Source: a virus. From it: a stretch of DNA of 64,000 bases. The notes under the pieces are model-generated. The model was not told the origin of the DNA, ran no database searches, and was given only the letters and a program-made list of their open reading frames with translations. The stretch spans positions 1 through 64,000 of the IMG/VR virus record IMGVR_UViG_3300045988_182734; one strand, written 5' to 3'. Below are positions 47,008 through 55,071 of this stretch, piece by piece; positions within the stretch are counted from its first letter, which is position 1, and every line of letters begins with the position of its first letter. A program made the position numbers and the translations under genes.

Positions 47008-47664
47008 ATGAGGCAATGTATACTAAAGAAAAAGGATAAGGCAGGAAAGGACTATTTCCGAGCACACGTTGCGGCTGTAGCGGAAGGTGTAAAAGGGGAC
47101 CCTGTTGCTGAAACTGTGGCATTTCTGCATGATACTGTCGAAGATACGTCCATCACAATAGAAGACATCAGAACGGGGTTTCCAAAAGAAGTTGCTGACG
47201 CTGTAAGTGCGTTGACCCATAGCAAGGGTATATCGTACGCTGAATATCTTTGGTATATTCAGCAAAATTCTATTGCTGTCAAAGTAAAGCTCTCGGACCT
47301 GCGCAGCAATATGGACTTAACCAGGCTCCCTCACGCTCCAACCAAAAAAGACGCGGAAAGAACCAGAAAATACAAGCGGACATATACGATTCTATCGTCG
47401 GCGAATGGTGTAAACGCTATCAATCCGTATGCGCTGTACGACTACTTGCTGGCAAGAAACTGGAGTGTTGATAGGATAAGCACAAGGACACCCGTTCTGG
47501 AAGCACCAGGCGGCTATGCTGAAATCATGGTGCCCTTCGACCTGGCTTTGGCTGACTACGAGCCCAAGGTGGCTAACGCTTTAGGCGCGTTGTGCTCGTA
47601 TGAGGGCATACCGCTCTCGGATGCGATAGCACGGATTGCGGCTTGGAAACCAGACATGCACTGA
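47008..47664 (+). CDS. HD-domain protein, RelA/SpoT-type (p)ppGpp hydrolase-like (small alarmone hydrolase candidate)
   Basis: AFLHDTVEDT matches the SpoT/Mesh1 HD signature LHDxVEDT. Start uncertain. Confidence 0.5.
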   Translation: MRQCILKKKDKAGKDYFRAHVAAVAEGVKGDPVAETVAFLHDTVEDTSITIEDIRTGFPKEVADAVSALTHSKGISYAEYLWYIQQNSIAVKVKLSDLRSNMDLTRLPHAPTKKDAERTRKYKRTYTILSSANGVNAINPYALYDYLLARNWSVDRISTRTPVLEAPGGYAEIMVPFDLALADYEPKVANALGALCSYEGIPLSDAIARIAAWKPDMH

Positions 47665-47752
47665 GTACAAACCTGATATTGTAAACGTCAGCCGGGAAAA
47701 CCCACGACTAAAGCCGTTGGATGAAAGGCATTCAAGTAAAATAAAAAAAGTT

Positions 47753-47783
47753 GCTGTCTATCTTCGGATAGGCAGCTTTTTTG
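47753..47783 (+). terminator. Intrinsic terminator
   Basis: GCTGTCTATC-ttcg-GATAGGCAGC then TTTTTT. Confidence 0.6.
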
Positions 47784-47784
47784 G

Positions 47785-47812
47785 TTGCGTTAATGTGCGA
47801 AATGGATAAATT
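47785..47812 (+). promoter_or_regulatory. Conserved-family promoter (TTGCGT-16-TAAATT)
   Basis: Spacer TAATGTGCGAAATGGA. Upstream of tnpB. Confidence 0.45.
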
Positions 47813-47837
47813 AAATAATAGAAGGTGGTGATAAGCA

Positions 47838-48983
47838 ATGCCTATGCAAAAACTAAATAGAGCAATAAAATATCGTGCATATCCTACACCTGAGCAGCAG
47901 GTGTTGCTTTCTAAAACCTTCGGCTGCGTTCGCTTTGTCTGGAATCATATGCTGACGGACGCGCGGCAATTTTTGAATGAAGCAGGGACGTTTTTTATTC
48001 CAACTCCTGCTAAATACAAAAAAGAGTTTCCGTTTCTGAAAGAAGTGGATAGCCTTGCACTCGCTAATGCACAGCTTGATTTGAAAGAAGCACGTAAGAA
48101 GCATCGAGAGAACCCTAAAAGCTGTGGCGCTCCCAAACTCAAGAGTAAGCGCAAAAGTAAAATGTCTTATACAACAAACACTCATTCATACAAAACGAAT
48201 GATGGCCATGTTGTACATACAATCGCGCTTGGATATGACTCCATCAGGTTACCAAAAATTGGATGGGTAAAAATCAACAAGCATCGTGAGCCGGAAGCCA
48301 ACTGGGTGCTGAAAAGTGCTACCGTAAGCTGTACCCGCAGCGGCAAATACTTTATTTCGCTGCTGTACGAGTTTGAGAAAGACATTCAGTCCATTAAGCC
48401 TACAAAAGAGACTTCTCTTGGGTTGGATTACTCTTCTCACGACTTCTATGTTGACAGCAACGGCAATGTGGCCAACTATCCAAGATTCTACCGTCAGAGT
48501 GAAGCAAAACTTGCAAGGGCACAGCGTAGGCTATCGCGTATGCAGTTTGGCTCCCATCACTATGACAAACAGCTTTATAGAGCTCGAGTCCTTCAGGAAC
48601 ATGTTGTCAACCAGCGCAAGAACTTCTGCCATACGGTAAGTACTGCGATAGCCAAACAGTATGATGCCGTATTTGTAGAAGATATCAATTTGCGCGGTTT
48701 GGCTGGTTCTCTGAAATTAGGGAAATCCACTAACGACAATGGCTTCGGTATGTTTCGCACGATGTTGGAGTATAAGCTTGCATCGCAGGGAAAGACCTTT
48801 GCCAAAATCGATAAGTGGTATCCTTCCAGCAAAACTTGCAGCGTGTGCGGCTTTATAAAAGATGACCTCACACTTGCTGACCGCAGCTGGACATGCAGTG
48901 CTTGTGGAACCACACACAACCGTGACCACAATGCTGCCATTAACATTCGCACTGTAGGATTATTATGGCTCTATCCCGCGTAG
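47838..48983 (+). CDS. tnpB: TnpB (IS200/IS605-family OrfB, RuvC-like RNA-guided nuclease)
   Basis: YRAYPTPEQQVLLSKTFGCVRFVWN N-terminus, zinc finger CSVCG...CSACG, RuvC-III HNRDHNAAINI. Confidence 0.9.
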   Translation: MPMQKLNRAIKYRAYPTPEQQVLLSKTFGCVRFVWNHMLTDARQFLNEAGTFFIPTPAKYKKEFPFLKEVDSLALANAQLDLKEARKKHRENPKSCGAPKLKSKRKSKMSYTTNTHSYKTNDGHVVHTIALGYDSIRLPKIGWVKINKHREPEANWVLKSATVSCTRSGKYFISLLYEFEKDIQSIKPTKETSLGLDYSSHDFYVDSNGNVANYPRFYRQSEAKLARAQRRLSRMQFGSHHYDKQLYRARVLQEHVVNQRKNFCHTVSTAIAKQYDAVFVEDINLRGLAGSLKLGKSTNDNGFGMFRTMLEYKLASQGKTFAKIDKWYPSSKTCSVCGFIKDDLTLADRSWTCSACGTTHNRDHNAAINIRTVGLLWLYPA

Positions 48984-49200
48984 TCCATTCCACCCCCGCT
49001 ATGCCGCTTGCAACGGCGGTGAAAGCATACTGTACTCGGTCGCACGGACGGAAACCGTGCCTAACAGTCCGTCGAGTATGAATTTATGGAGTCCTGCGGG
49101 ACTTCAAGCCCCCACGTTAAGGTGGGGGTAGTTGACTCCGTTTGTCGCAGGTTCAAATCCTGTACAACCCGCCATATGCTCCAGTGGCGAAACTGGCAAA
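48984..49200 (+). ncRNA. Candidate omega-RNA / right-end structured RNA of the TnpB element, with tRNA-like T-arm and CCA-like 3' end
   Basis: Long-range stem GGAGTC..GACTCC enclosing perfect hairpin CCCCCAC-gttaag-GTGGGGG, followed by GCAGGTTCAAATCCTGTACAACCCGCCA. Confidence 0.3.
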
Positions 49201-49239
49201 CGCGACGGTTTTAAGTCCCCCGGCCGGAGCATTTATCAT

Positions 49240-49315
49240 AGGGGTATAGCTCAAGTGGTAGAGCAGCGGTCTCCAAAACCGCTTGTTGCATGTTCGAGTC
49301 GTGTTACCCCTGCCA
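49240..49315 (+). tRNA. tRNA-Trp (anticodon CCA)
   Basis: Acceptor AGGGGTA/TACCCCT, anticodon loop CTCCAAA, T-loop TTCGAGT, G73, CCA encoded. Confidence 0.8.
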
Positions 49316-49320
49316 CAATA

Positions 49321-49352
49321 AGAAAAGCCGTCCTCACATAAGAGGCGGCTTT
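49321..49352 (+). terminator. Intrinsic terminator
   Basis: AAGCCGTCCTC-acataa-GAGGCGGCTT then TTTGTTTTG. Confidence 0.5.
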
Positions 49353-49684
49353 TTGTTTTGAAGAGTATACAGACCAAAAAACTAAACCACAAGTTGATTG
49401 CGAACTTGCGAAAACATGGTATAATAATATCAGAACGAAACGAAAGGAGATACCCCAAAATGCTGTGCAACACTGTTAATGTCATGTCGTATGAGTATAG
49501 TTACGAATATTCTGAGTTCATGTCCTTTGAACGCAGTTTTATTTCTCATACTCCTCGACAGGCAAAAACAGACCATGTACAGATGCGGTGCGTCTTCTAA
49601 GCGATAACTGCATGTCATAGCTGCTTGTCGAGATTTCGGCAGGCAGCTTTTTTGTTGCCTGCAATACAGAAAGGCAGCAAGAAA

Positions 49685-49906
49685 ATGAACGTTCCTACTA
49701 TCGATATTCAGAAAACTGGTGCCAACATTAAGACGCTGCGAAAAGCAGCAGGTATCAAGGTGAAAGATGTGGCGGATACACTCGGCGTATCCACGCAGGC
49801 AGTTGCCAAATGGCAAGCTGGAACCGCGCTTCCAACCATTGATAACCTTGTGATATTGGCAGCGATGCTGGATACCAAGATAGATGACATCTTAGTCATC
49901 GCATAA
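49685..49906 (+). CDS. XRE-family HTH transcriptional regulator (73 aa)
   Basis: LRKAAGIKVKDVADTLGVSTQAVAKWQAG Cro/C1-type HTH. Start at internal ATG of the 49625 ORF. Confidence 0.7.
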   Translation: MNVPTIDIQKTGANIKTLRKAAGIKVKDVADTLGVSTQAVAKWQAGTALPTIDNLVILAAMLDTKIDDILVIA

Positions 49907-49933
49907 TCCCCGCCGCATGATGCGGCATCATAT

Positions 49934-50010
49934 GGCCTGCTCGACGAATAGGGTAAGTCATCAGTTTCTCAGACTGAAGGTTGTGGGTTCGACTCCCACG
50001 CAGGTCACCA
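49934..50010 (+). tRNA. tRNA-Glu (anticodon CTC)
   Basis: Acceptor GGCCTGC/GCAGGTC, anticodon stem TCAGT/ACTGA, loop TTCTCAG, T-loop TTCGACT, CCA encoded. Confidence 0.65.
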
Positions 50011-50013
50011 TAT

Positions 50014-50089
50014 GCTTCTGTAGCTCAGTTGGTAGAGCAGTGGTCTGAAGAACCGCGTGCAGTTGGTTCAATTCCAACCGGAAGCACCA
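50014..50089 (+). tRNA. tRNA-Phe (anticodon GAA)
   Basis: Acceptor GCTTCTG/CGGAAGC, anticodon loop CTGAAGA, T-loop TTCAATT, CCA encoded. Confidence 0.8.
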
Positions 50090-50092
50090 TAT

Positions 50093-50177
50093 GCGTCGGT
50101 ATGCAAGTGGATAAAGCAGGCAGTCTGTAAAACTGTTCCGTTACGGTTCGCTGGTTCGAATCCAGTCCGACACACCA
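50093..50177 (+). tRNA. tRNA-Tyr (anticodon GTA)
   Basis: Type II with long variable arm. Anticodon stem GCAGT/ACTGT, loop CTGTAAA. One C-A mismatch at acceptor pair 2-71. Confidence 0.75.
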
Positions 50178-50181
50178 ATAT

Positions 50182-50255
50182 GGCCCCTTCGACAAATTGG
50201 TCCAAGTCACCACGCTTTCACCGTGGAGTTAGCAGTTCGAGTCTGCTAGGGGTCA
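50182..50255 (+). tRNA. tRNA-Glu (anticodon TTC), CCA not encoded
   Basis: GGCCCCTTCG... start as in bacterial tRNA-Glu. Anticodon stem CCACG/CGTGG, loop CTTTCAC, T-loop TTCGAGT. Confidence 0.7.
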
Positions 50256-50287
50256 CTACGTCGCACCTACGTTAAAAGGTGCATTAT

Positions 50288-50377
50288 GCAGAGGTCGCCT
50301 AACGGTAGGGCAGCAGCTTGCTAAGCTGCCGTCGCGGAAATCGCGGCATGTGAGTTCGAATCTCACCCTCTGCGCCA
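50288..50377 (+). tRNA. tRNA-Ser (anticodon GCT)
   Basis: Type II. Acceptor GCAGAGG/CCTCTGC, anticodon stem GCAGC/GCTGC, loop TTGCTAA, G73, CCA encoded. Confidence 0.8.
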
Positions 50378-50380
50378 TCT

Positions 50381-50468
50381 GCTTGCTTGTTCGAGTGGTT
50401 GATGAAATCGGTCCAGAAAACCGACGATGGGAGACTGTCCGAAGGTTCGAATCCTTCAGCAAGCGCCA
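50381..50468 (+). tRNA. tRNA-Ser-like (type II, G73) with non-canonical anticodon loop CCAGAAA (C33; nominal anticodon AGA)
   Basis: Acceptor GCTTGCT/AGCAAGC, Ser-type D-arm GATGAAATCGG, stem TCGGT/ACCGA, long variable arm, T-loop TTCGAAT, CCA encoded. Confidence 0.55.
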
Positions 50469-50470
50469 CT

Positions 50471-50512
50471 GCCCTCATTCTGTGCGGTATCCGTGCAGGT
50501 GAGGGCTTTTTC
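50471..50512 (+). terminator. Intrinsic terminator closing the tRNA array
   Basis: GCCCTCAT-tctgtgcggtatccgtgcag-GTGAGGGC then TTTTTC. Confidence 0.55.
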
Positions 50513-50566
50513 TTTTGCTTTTCGCTTCGAATTTCGGACTCGAATGGCGTTAATGGTCGGATATTC

Positions 50567-50827
50567 TTAATTATACATGCCTTTAGAGTACGGCAAATAG
50601 CTCCAAACAGTATTGGTTTTTACACCCAATTCTTCTGCAATTTCAGGAACTGACATACCGTTCGCACGCAGCTTCCCGATTTTTTCTGATGTTTCATCTG
50701 ACCAGGCCCCGGCCGTAATCAGTATTTTGCGCACTTTCTGCAATGAGATGCCTGCACGTTTGGCAATGGTTCTTCTAGGTATACCTTGCTCATGGAGCCG
50801 GAGAACCGTCTGTATTGTCGCGTCCAT
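50567..50827 (-). CDS. Small tandem-HTH protein (2 units), same repeat type as the 37278-39271 family
   Basis: GIPRRTIAKRAGISLQKVRKIL and GMSVPEIAEELGVKTNTVWSYL. RBS GAGGT. Confidence 0.6.
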   Translation of the reverse strand: MDATIQTVLRLHEQGIPRRTIAKRAGISLQKVRKILITAGAWSDETSEKIGKLRANGMSVPEIAEELGVKTNTVWSYLPYSKGMYN

Positions 50828-51082
50828 CTTGTCAGTACCTCGCCGTTATCGATTTTTGTATTGCCCTAATTGTTGTACTTTAATCATACAGCAAAGCAAC
50901 AAAATTGTCCAGGAAGCAAAAGTGCCTTCATTTGCCACTGATTCATCTATTCGGAACAATATCGAAAATACCTTGATATTGTTCCGCTGTAATGTTCCGA
51001 CTGGCTGACTTTGTTCCATAAAGGGTAGCTTTTTTATTTGCAAAAGAATGTGTATAAACTGTTACCATTTAGCGCTTTCCGT

Positions 51083-51110
51083 TGTGAGAAATTGCGAATC
51101 GCGGTATAAT
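51083..51110 (+). promoter_or_regulatory. Conserved-family promoter (TTGTGA-17-TATAAT)
   Basis: Spacer GAAATTGCGAATCGCGG. Confidence 0.5.
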
Positions 51111-51143
51111 GAAAGGGTAAAAAGTGAAAGGATTTTTTGCCGT

Positions 51144-51815
51144 ATGTACATTGATTTCACGAGCAAGCAGTACTTCTTCATTCTGCACGCTCTTGCTGTT
51201 ATGATAACGTTTTACAACAACGATTTTTCCTCTATCTGCAAGGAAGTTGGAGAAGCCTATGGTGCAAGCGAGGAAGACATTGCAAGTGCTTGTACTACTT
51301 TGACGGCTATCAATGTAACGGCTCCTGTTAAAGGCTCATCCGACAAGTGCAGCGAAATACTGGAAGATATGCTGCATCACGCACGGGAGCTGCCGGAAAA
51401 GGATGCTCCGTATAAGTACAGCATTGGCTTGGATACTCTTTCCTGGAAAGTAGTTGCTGATGCACTGGATACATACTCACGTATTTTGATGGGGCAATTT
51501 GGCGTCATTTATGAAGCCCTCGATATTTCTGGTAACGATGAGCAGCACCTTCAGGCGTACCATGATGCCCGCTGGAATGGGGTGGGGGTCCTCGAAGCCC
51601 GTGACCTTCTGATTCCACAGCTCAAAAAGATGAGGATTGGTTGGAATGGGAACTTTGGTATTTCAAATTCAGGACTTGCCTACAACAGCAAACTGGCATA
51701 CGAGATTCTTAAAACCATTCGATATGCGACAGAGAAACGAGATAGCTCCGTTCTGAAAGTGACAAACGAGCCGCTGCCGCATGTCGAGGGTTCTTTCCAA
51801 ATCAAAGCACTGTGA
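51144..51815 (+). CDS. Hypothetical protein (223 aa)
   Basis: Start placed downstream of the promoter. RBS AAAGGATTTT. Confidence 0.6.
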   Translation: MYIDFTSKQYFFILHALAVMITFYNNDFSSICKEVGEAYGASEEDIASACTTLTAINVTAPVKGSSDKCSEILEDMLHHARELPEKDAPYKYSIGLDTLSWKVVADALDTYSRILMGQFGVIYEALDISGNDEQHLQAYHDARWNGVGVLEARDLLIPQLKKMRIGWNGNFGISNSGLAYNSKLAYEILKTIRYATEKRDSSVLKVTNEPLPHVEGSFQIKAL

Positions 51816-51837
51816 ACAAGATTGGAGGCTTTCCAGG

Positions 51838-52050
51838 GTGGGCGACCACATTATTTCTTTTCTCGACATCTGCGCCATGCGCGGTCAGCTGGTTTTGGCA
51901 AAAGCACCGTCCATCCCGGCTATCAATAACAAAACTGTGTATTGTACCGGCGCTCACAAGCGCGGAGCGGACCGCTGCATTGTCCTTGACGGCGAGGAGT
52001 ACAGCCAGATTCTTTTTGTTGACGGAACAATAAGACTGTATTGGCAGTGA
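51838..52050 (+). CDS. Small hypothetical protein (GTG start, 70 aa)
   Basis: RBS GGAGG 8 nt upstream of GTG. Confidence 0.4.
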   Translation: MGDHIISFLDICAMRGQLVLAKAPSIPAINNKTVYCTGAHKRGADRCIVLDGEEYSQILFVDGTIRLYWQ

Positions 52051-52059
52051 GGTGGCATT

Positions 52060-53136
52060 GTGGATAATATCATTGTGAACAGTGCTCTCTGGTATGCCGA
52101 GCAGAGCAGTCAGTTTCTTGTGAATTCTGGGGCCAACAAACTGCTGGACAAGGGCTACGACTATTATGTGAAGGAATTTATCCCACTTGGGCACCGCCTT
52201 ATCCAAAATGGTCAGATTGCCGCCGATGCAATGGATGGAGAGCTTGCCGCACAATTTTCGATGGCATACGTCGCAAACTATTGGCGTGCAGCAAAAACCG
52301 TATATAATTTCGCTCCAGAATTTCTCAGAACCTTGTCTGAGACTGAGGATGCACCCATTTATTCTGACATTATGATGCGGCTGCCATACAGAGATTTTGT
52401 CATGAATCTTCCTGCTGGTTTCCATCATGATGCGATGTTCGTACACATCGAGTTCGATGCTTCCCATGGCCCAAACGATGTGGATACGCTCTTCCTGATT
52501 GTTCCTTTTAAGGCGAACCCGAATGTCGATAACATCGAACTTTGCCAGTGCATGCAGTGGTGTCTCAACGGCAAGAAGCTGATTGAGTCCTATCGGCGCA
52601 ACAATGATGCTCGCGAGCAGGCATTTCAGAACGGAACTGATTCCGCCACTGTCAATGACGCCACGATTTCAAATGTACCCGGTGCCGTTCTCAGTGAAGA
52701 AGAGCTGGAAAAGCAGCGGGAATTCAACGCCGGCGTTGAGCCTTATCTTCGTGTTGCGGTTTCTGCAGCTTATTACCTTGCATCCAAGAATGCTGAAATC
52801 AAAGAGGTAAAAATCCCGAAAGAGAAGCGGCCCATCCTTGTTTCCAAATCTGGCGCGACTCCTAAAAAAGTCAACGTCAAGACCTATAATGTAGGCTTTG
52901 TCATCGGAAAGAGCTTTGAAAAGCAGCTGGCTTCCGGTGGGGAATATCAGAAATCCGCAGCAACTGGCACGGGCCGTACGGTTAGACCTCATGTACGCCG
53001 CGCCCATTGGCATCATTATTGGGTCGGAGAAGGCCGGACACGCCTGGAAGTCCGCTGGATAGAGCCGACTTTTGTACTGCCAGAAGGGAAACGTGAGGTT
53101 CCGGTTGCTACCGTTAGACGGGTTTTAGGCGCTTAA
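52060..53136 (+). CDS. Hypothetical protein, paralog family member (C-terminal RRAHWHHYWVGEGRTRLEVRWIEPT)
   Basis: GTG start after RBS GAGGTGG. Paralogous to 14269..15156 and 54098..54439. Confidence 0.65.
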   Translation: MDNIIVNSALWYAEQSSQFLVNSGANKLLDKGYDYYVKEFIPLGHRLIQNGQIAADAMDGELAAQFSMAYVANYWRAAKTVYNFAPEFLRTLSETEDAPIYSDIMMRLPYRDFVMNLPAGFHHDAMFVHIEFDASHGPNDVDTLFLIVPFKANPNVDNIELCQCMQWCLNGKKLIESYRRNNDAREQAFQNGTDSATVNDATISNVPGAVLSEEELEKQREFNAGVEPYLRVAVSAAYYLASKNAEIKEVKIPKEKRPILVSKSGATPKKVNVKTYNVGFVIGKSFEKQLASGGEYQKSAATGTGRTVRPHVRRAHWHHYWVGEGRTRLEVRWIEPTFVLPEGKREVPVATVRRVLGA

Positions 53137-53147
53137 AGGAGTTTCAC

Positions 53148-53684
53148 ATGAAAGCAAACTACAAAATTGTCGCAAACAAGCAGAAAATTCTTGAAAAAGA
53201 AATTGAAAATTTCGAGCCAACATCAACAATGTCAGTGCTTCTGATGCGCTACAGCATCATACAAGGGCTACTCCAGGTTAAACTGAACGAAAAAGACGCG
53301 AATGGTAGCCCTAACATCAGCCCTTCCGATATGGCATACGATATGACTACATTTTTTAGCGATGCCGTCAATACTGCGGCCGATGATTTCACAGATGATG
53401 ATGACGACAGCACAATAAAATTTGATGGCACCGTTGATGAATTTCGGCAAGAACTTGCCAATCGCGTCTTAATAACACTCAGTTTGGCGTTTGAACATGA
53501 ATTCATAAATTTTACAGAGCAAACCGGGATTTCCCGCGCACAGTATGAAATTCTTGCGGCTGAATATATTGCTCATGCGGAAGACGACGGCAGTAAAGTA
53601 TGCGAAATGTTCAAAGGCGACAGCTCTGAAAAGCACAAGTCTAAGGGTTGGAACAGTGCTTCTCCCAAAAACAAACGAAGCTGA
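53148..53684 (+). CDS. Hypothetical acidic protein (178 aa)
   Basis: RBS AAAGGAG. Confidence 0.6.
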   Translation: MKANYKIVANKQKILEKEIENFEPTSTMSVLLMRYSIIQGLLQVKLNEKDANGSPNISPSDMAYDMTTFFSDAVNTAADDFTDDDDDSTIKFDGTVDEFRQELANRVLITLSLAFEHEFINFTEQTGISRAQYEILAAEYIAHAEDDGSKVCEMFKGDSSEKHKSKGWNSASPKNKRS

Positions 53685-53693
53685 AAAAGCCAC

Positions 53694-53822
53694 TTGCATA
53701 AATGTGCGAACCGCCTAAAATAATAATTGCATAACAGATACCATCACTTACCTCCTAACTGAACATTAACAATCTGTCATGCTTGTAAGCAGACTCTCTT
53801 TTGAGGGCCTGCTTATTTTTTA
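53694..53822 (+). promoter_or_regulatory. Promoter + short leader + intrinsic terminator, module E
   Basis: TTGCAT-16-TAAAAT, ~70-nt leader, terminator AAGCAGAC..GAGGGCCTGCTTATTTTTT (same family as 55017). Confidence 0.45.
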
Positions 53823-53852
53823 TGTATTGATTAGAAAAATATTTTAGAAAGG

Positions 53853-54104
53853 ATGAAGATTATGACCACAAATACCAAAAACAGCTTTACCAGGTTCGCA
53901 GCTGCAGCAAAAGATTGCTTCTATGTGAATTCTTTTCGCGCAGACTTAGTTCAGTGCGACAGAGCCTTGAAAATGGACGGCGAAATGCGCGTCGAAGCGG
54001 AATGCTGGATGAACATTTTGGATGCCCTGGACGATAACGATATCAAGATGTATGTCGATAACGAATACCGCCCCGGACTTTTGAACCCGTTCCATAAATG
54101 GTGA
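53853..54104 (+). CDS. Hypothetical protein (83 aa)
   Basis: RBS AAAGGATGAAG. Confidence 0.5.
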   Translation: MKIMTTNTKNSFTRFAAAAKDCFYVNSFRADLVQCDRALKMDGEMRVEAECWMNILDALDDNDIKMYVDNEYRPGLLNPFHKW

Positions 54105-54439
54105 CGTCCCAAAAAACAAATGAATTACAACCCATTACAAATGCGGTAGGGCGGCATTGCTGTTCTGCCGCTATTTTTGTTTTTGATGTCGGTTACGTTA
54201 TCGGGAAAAGCTTCGAGCAGCAAATGCGTCCTGCTAATGCAACCTGTGCCGAAAGCTTTTCCCATTGTGGCAGCAGTCACAGCGTTCGCTCTCATGTGCG
54301 CCGCGCTCACTGGCATCATTACTGGGTCGGGGAAGGCCGCACAAGACTCGAAGTCCGTTGGATTGAACCGACCTTGGTTCTTGCCAACAGCAAAAACGAA
54401 GCCGATGTGGCTATCGTACGAAATGTGAAAGGAGCATGA
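54098..54439 (+). pseudogene. C-terminal fragment of the 52060-type paralog (last ~100 codons only)
   Basis: VGYVIGKSFEQQ...VRRAHWHHYWVGEGRTRLEVRWIEPT aligns to the C-terminus of 52060..53136 only. Confidence 0.45.
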
Positions 54440-54924
54440 CAATGCTTAATCCAAATATCAATAATGCTCTCGAAACCAATTCAAGCAAAGCGGTGCTTCT
54501 CAGCATCAAAAAGCAATGGCTTGAAAAGATTCTGAGCGGAGAAAAGACCATTGAGGTCCGAAAAACCATGCCGTGGGAAATCAGCTATCCTTTTGTGGTG
54601 TTTTGCTATGAAACAAAAGCTGATGGTGGTGCTGGTAAAGTGACTGCCGCGTTTGTTTGCCGTGACATCAATACACTCGATTGTCTGCGCGAACTCCCGG
54701 CATATGCTATTGGCACAGAAGTCACCGAAAAGACCGCTCAATTCGTGAAGGACAGCTGCCTTAATGCAAACGAGCTGATTGCATATGGCAATAAGTCTGG
54801 CACTCTCTACGGCTGGAACGTTTCTGATGTCCAATCCTTGGATATGTCACTGCGAAAACTCGGCATTAAGCGGGCACCACAGTCCTGGATGTATCTGCAA
54901 GTTCCCAACGACAAGACGTTCTGA
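54436..54924 (+). CDS. ASCH (PUA-like) domain protein
   Basis: KAVLLSIKKQWLEKILSGEKTIEVRK matches the ASCH core. RBS AAAGGAG. Confidence 0.6.
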   Translation: MTMLNPNINNALETNSSKAVLLSIKKQWLEKILSGEKTIEVRKTMPWEISYPFVVFCYETKADGGAGKVTAAFVCRDINTLDCLRELPAYAIGTEVTEKTAQFVKDSCLNANELIAYGNKSGTLYGWNVSDVQSLDMSLRKLGIKRAPQSWMYLQVPNDKTF

Positions 54925-54934
54925 ACGATGCCTG

Positions 54935-55052
54935 TTGGGGCTGCATGTGCAAACTCAGCAAAATATCAACCGCACGATAGGAGCAAGTTCGAACGAACAA
55001 TTCATCGTGCAAACAAAGCAGACTCTCGATTCTTGAGGGCCTGCTATTTTTT
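54935..55052 (+). promoter_or_regulatory. Promoter + conserved leader + intrinsic terminator, module D
   Basis: Leader CGCACGATAGGAGCAAGTTCGAACGAACAATTCA, terminator AAGCAGACTCTCGATTCTTGAGGGCCTGCTATTTTTT. Confidence 0.45.
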
Positions 55053-55071
55053 ATTTCAGGAGGAAACATCA

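Larger units (their letters stand above)
47686..49200 (+). mobile_element. IS1341-like (IS200/IS605 family, tnpB-only) element; boundaries approximate
   Basis: LE-like sequence AGCCGGGAAAACCCACGACT at 47686 (also at 22900), intact tnpB, and a structured non-coding tail. Confidence 0.35.

Noticed and set aside
46815-47122. ORFs 46815..47039 (+) and 46853..47122 (-)
   Set aside because: They overlap tRNA-Ser(TGA) and its flanking terminators.
49021-49195. Possible tmRNA or complete tRNA (T-arm GCAGG-TTCAAAT-CCTGT + ACAACCCGCCA)
   Set aside because: There is no matching 5' acceptor strand (GGGTTGT), no tag-peptide reading frame and no D or anticodon arm in register. It is kept only as a candidate IS right-end or omega-RNA structure.
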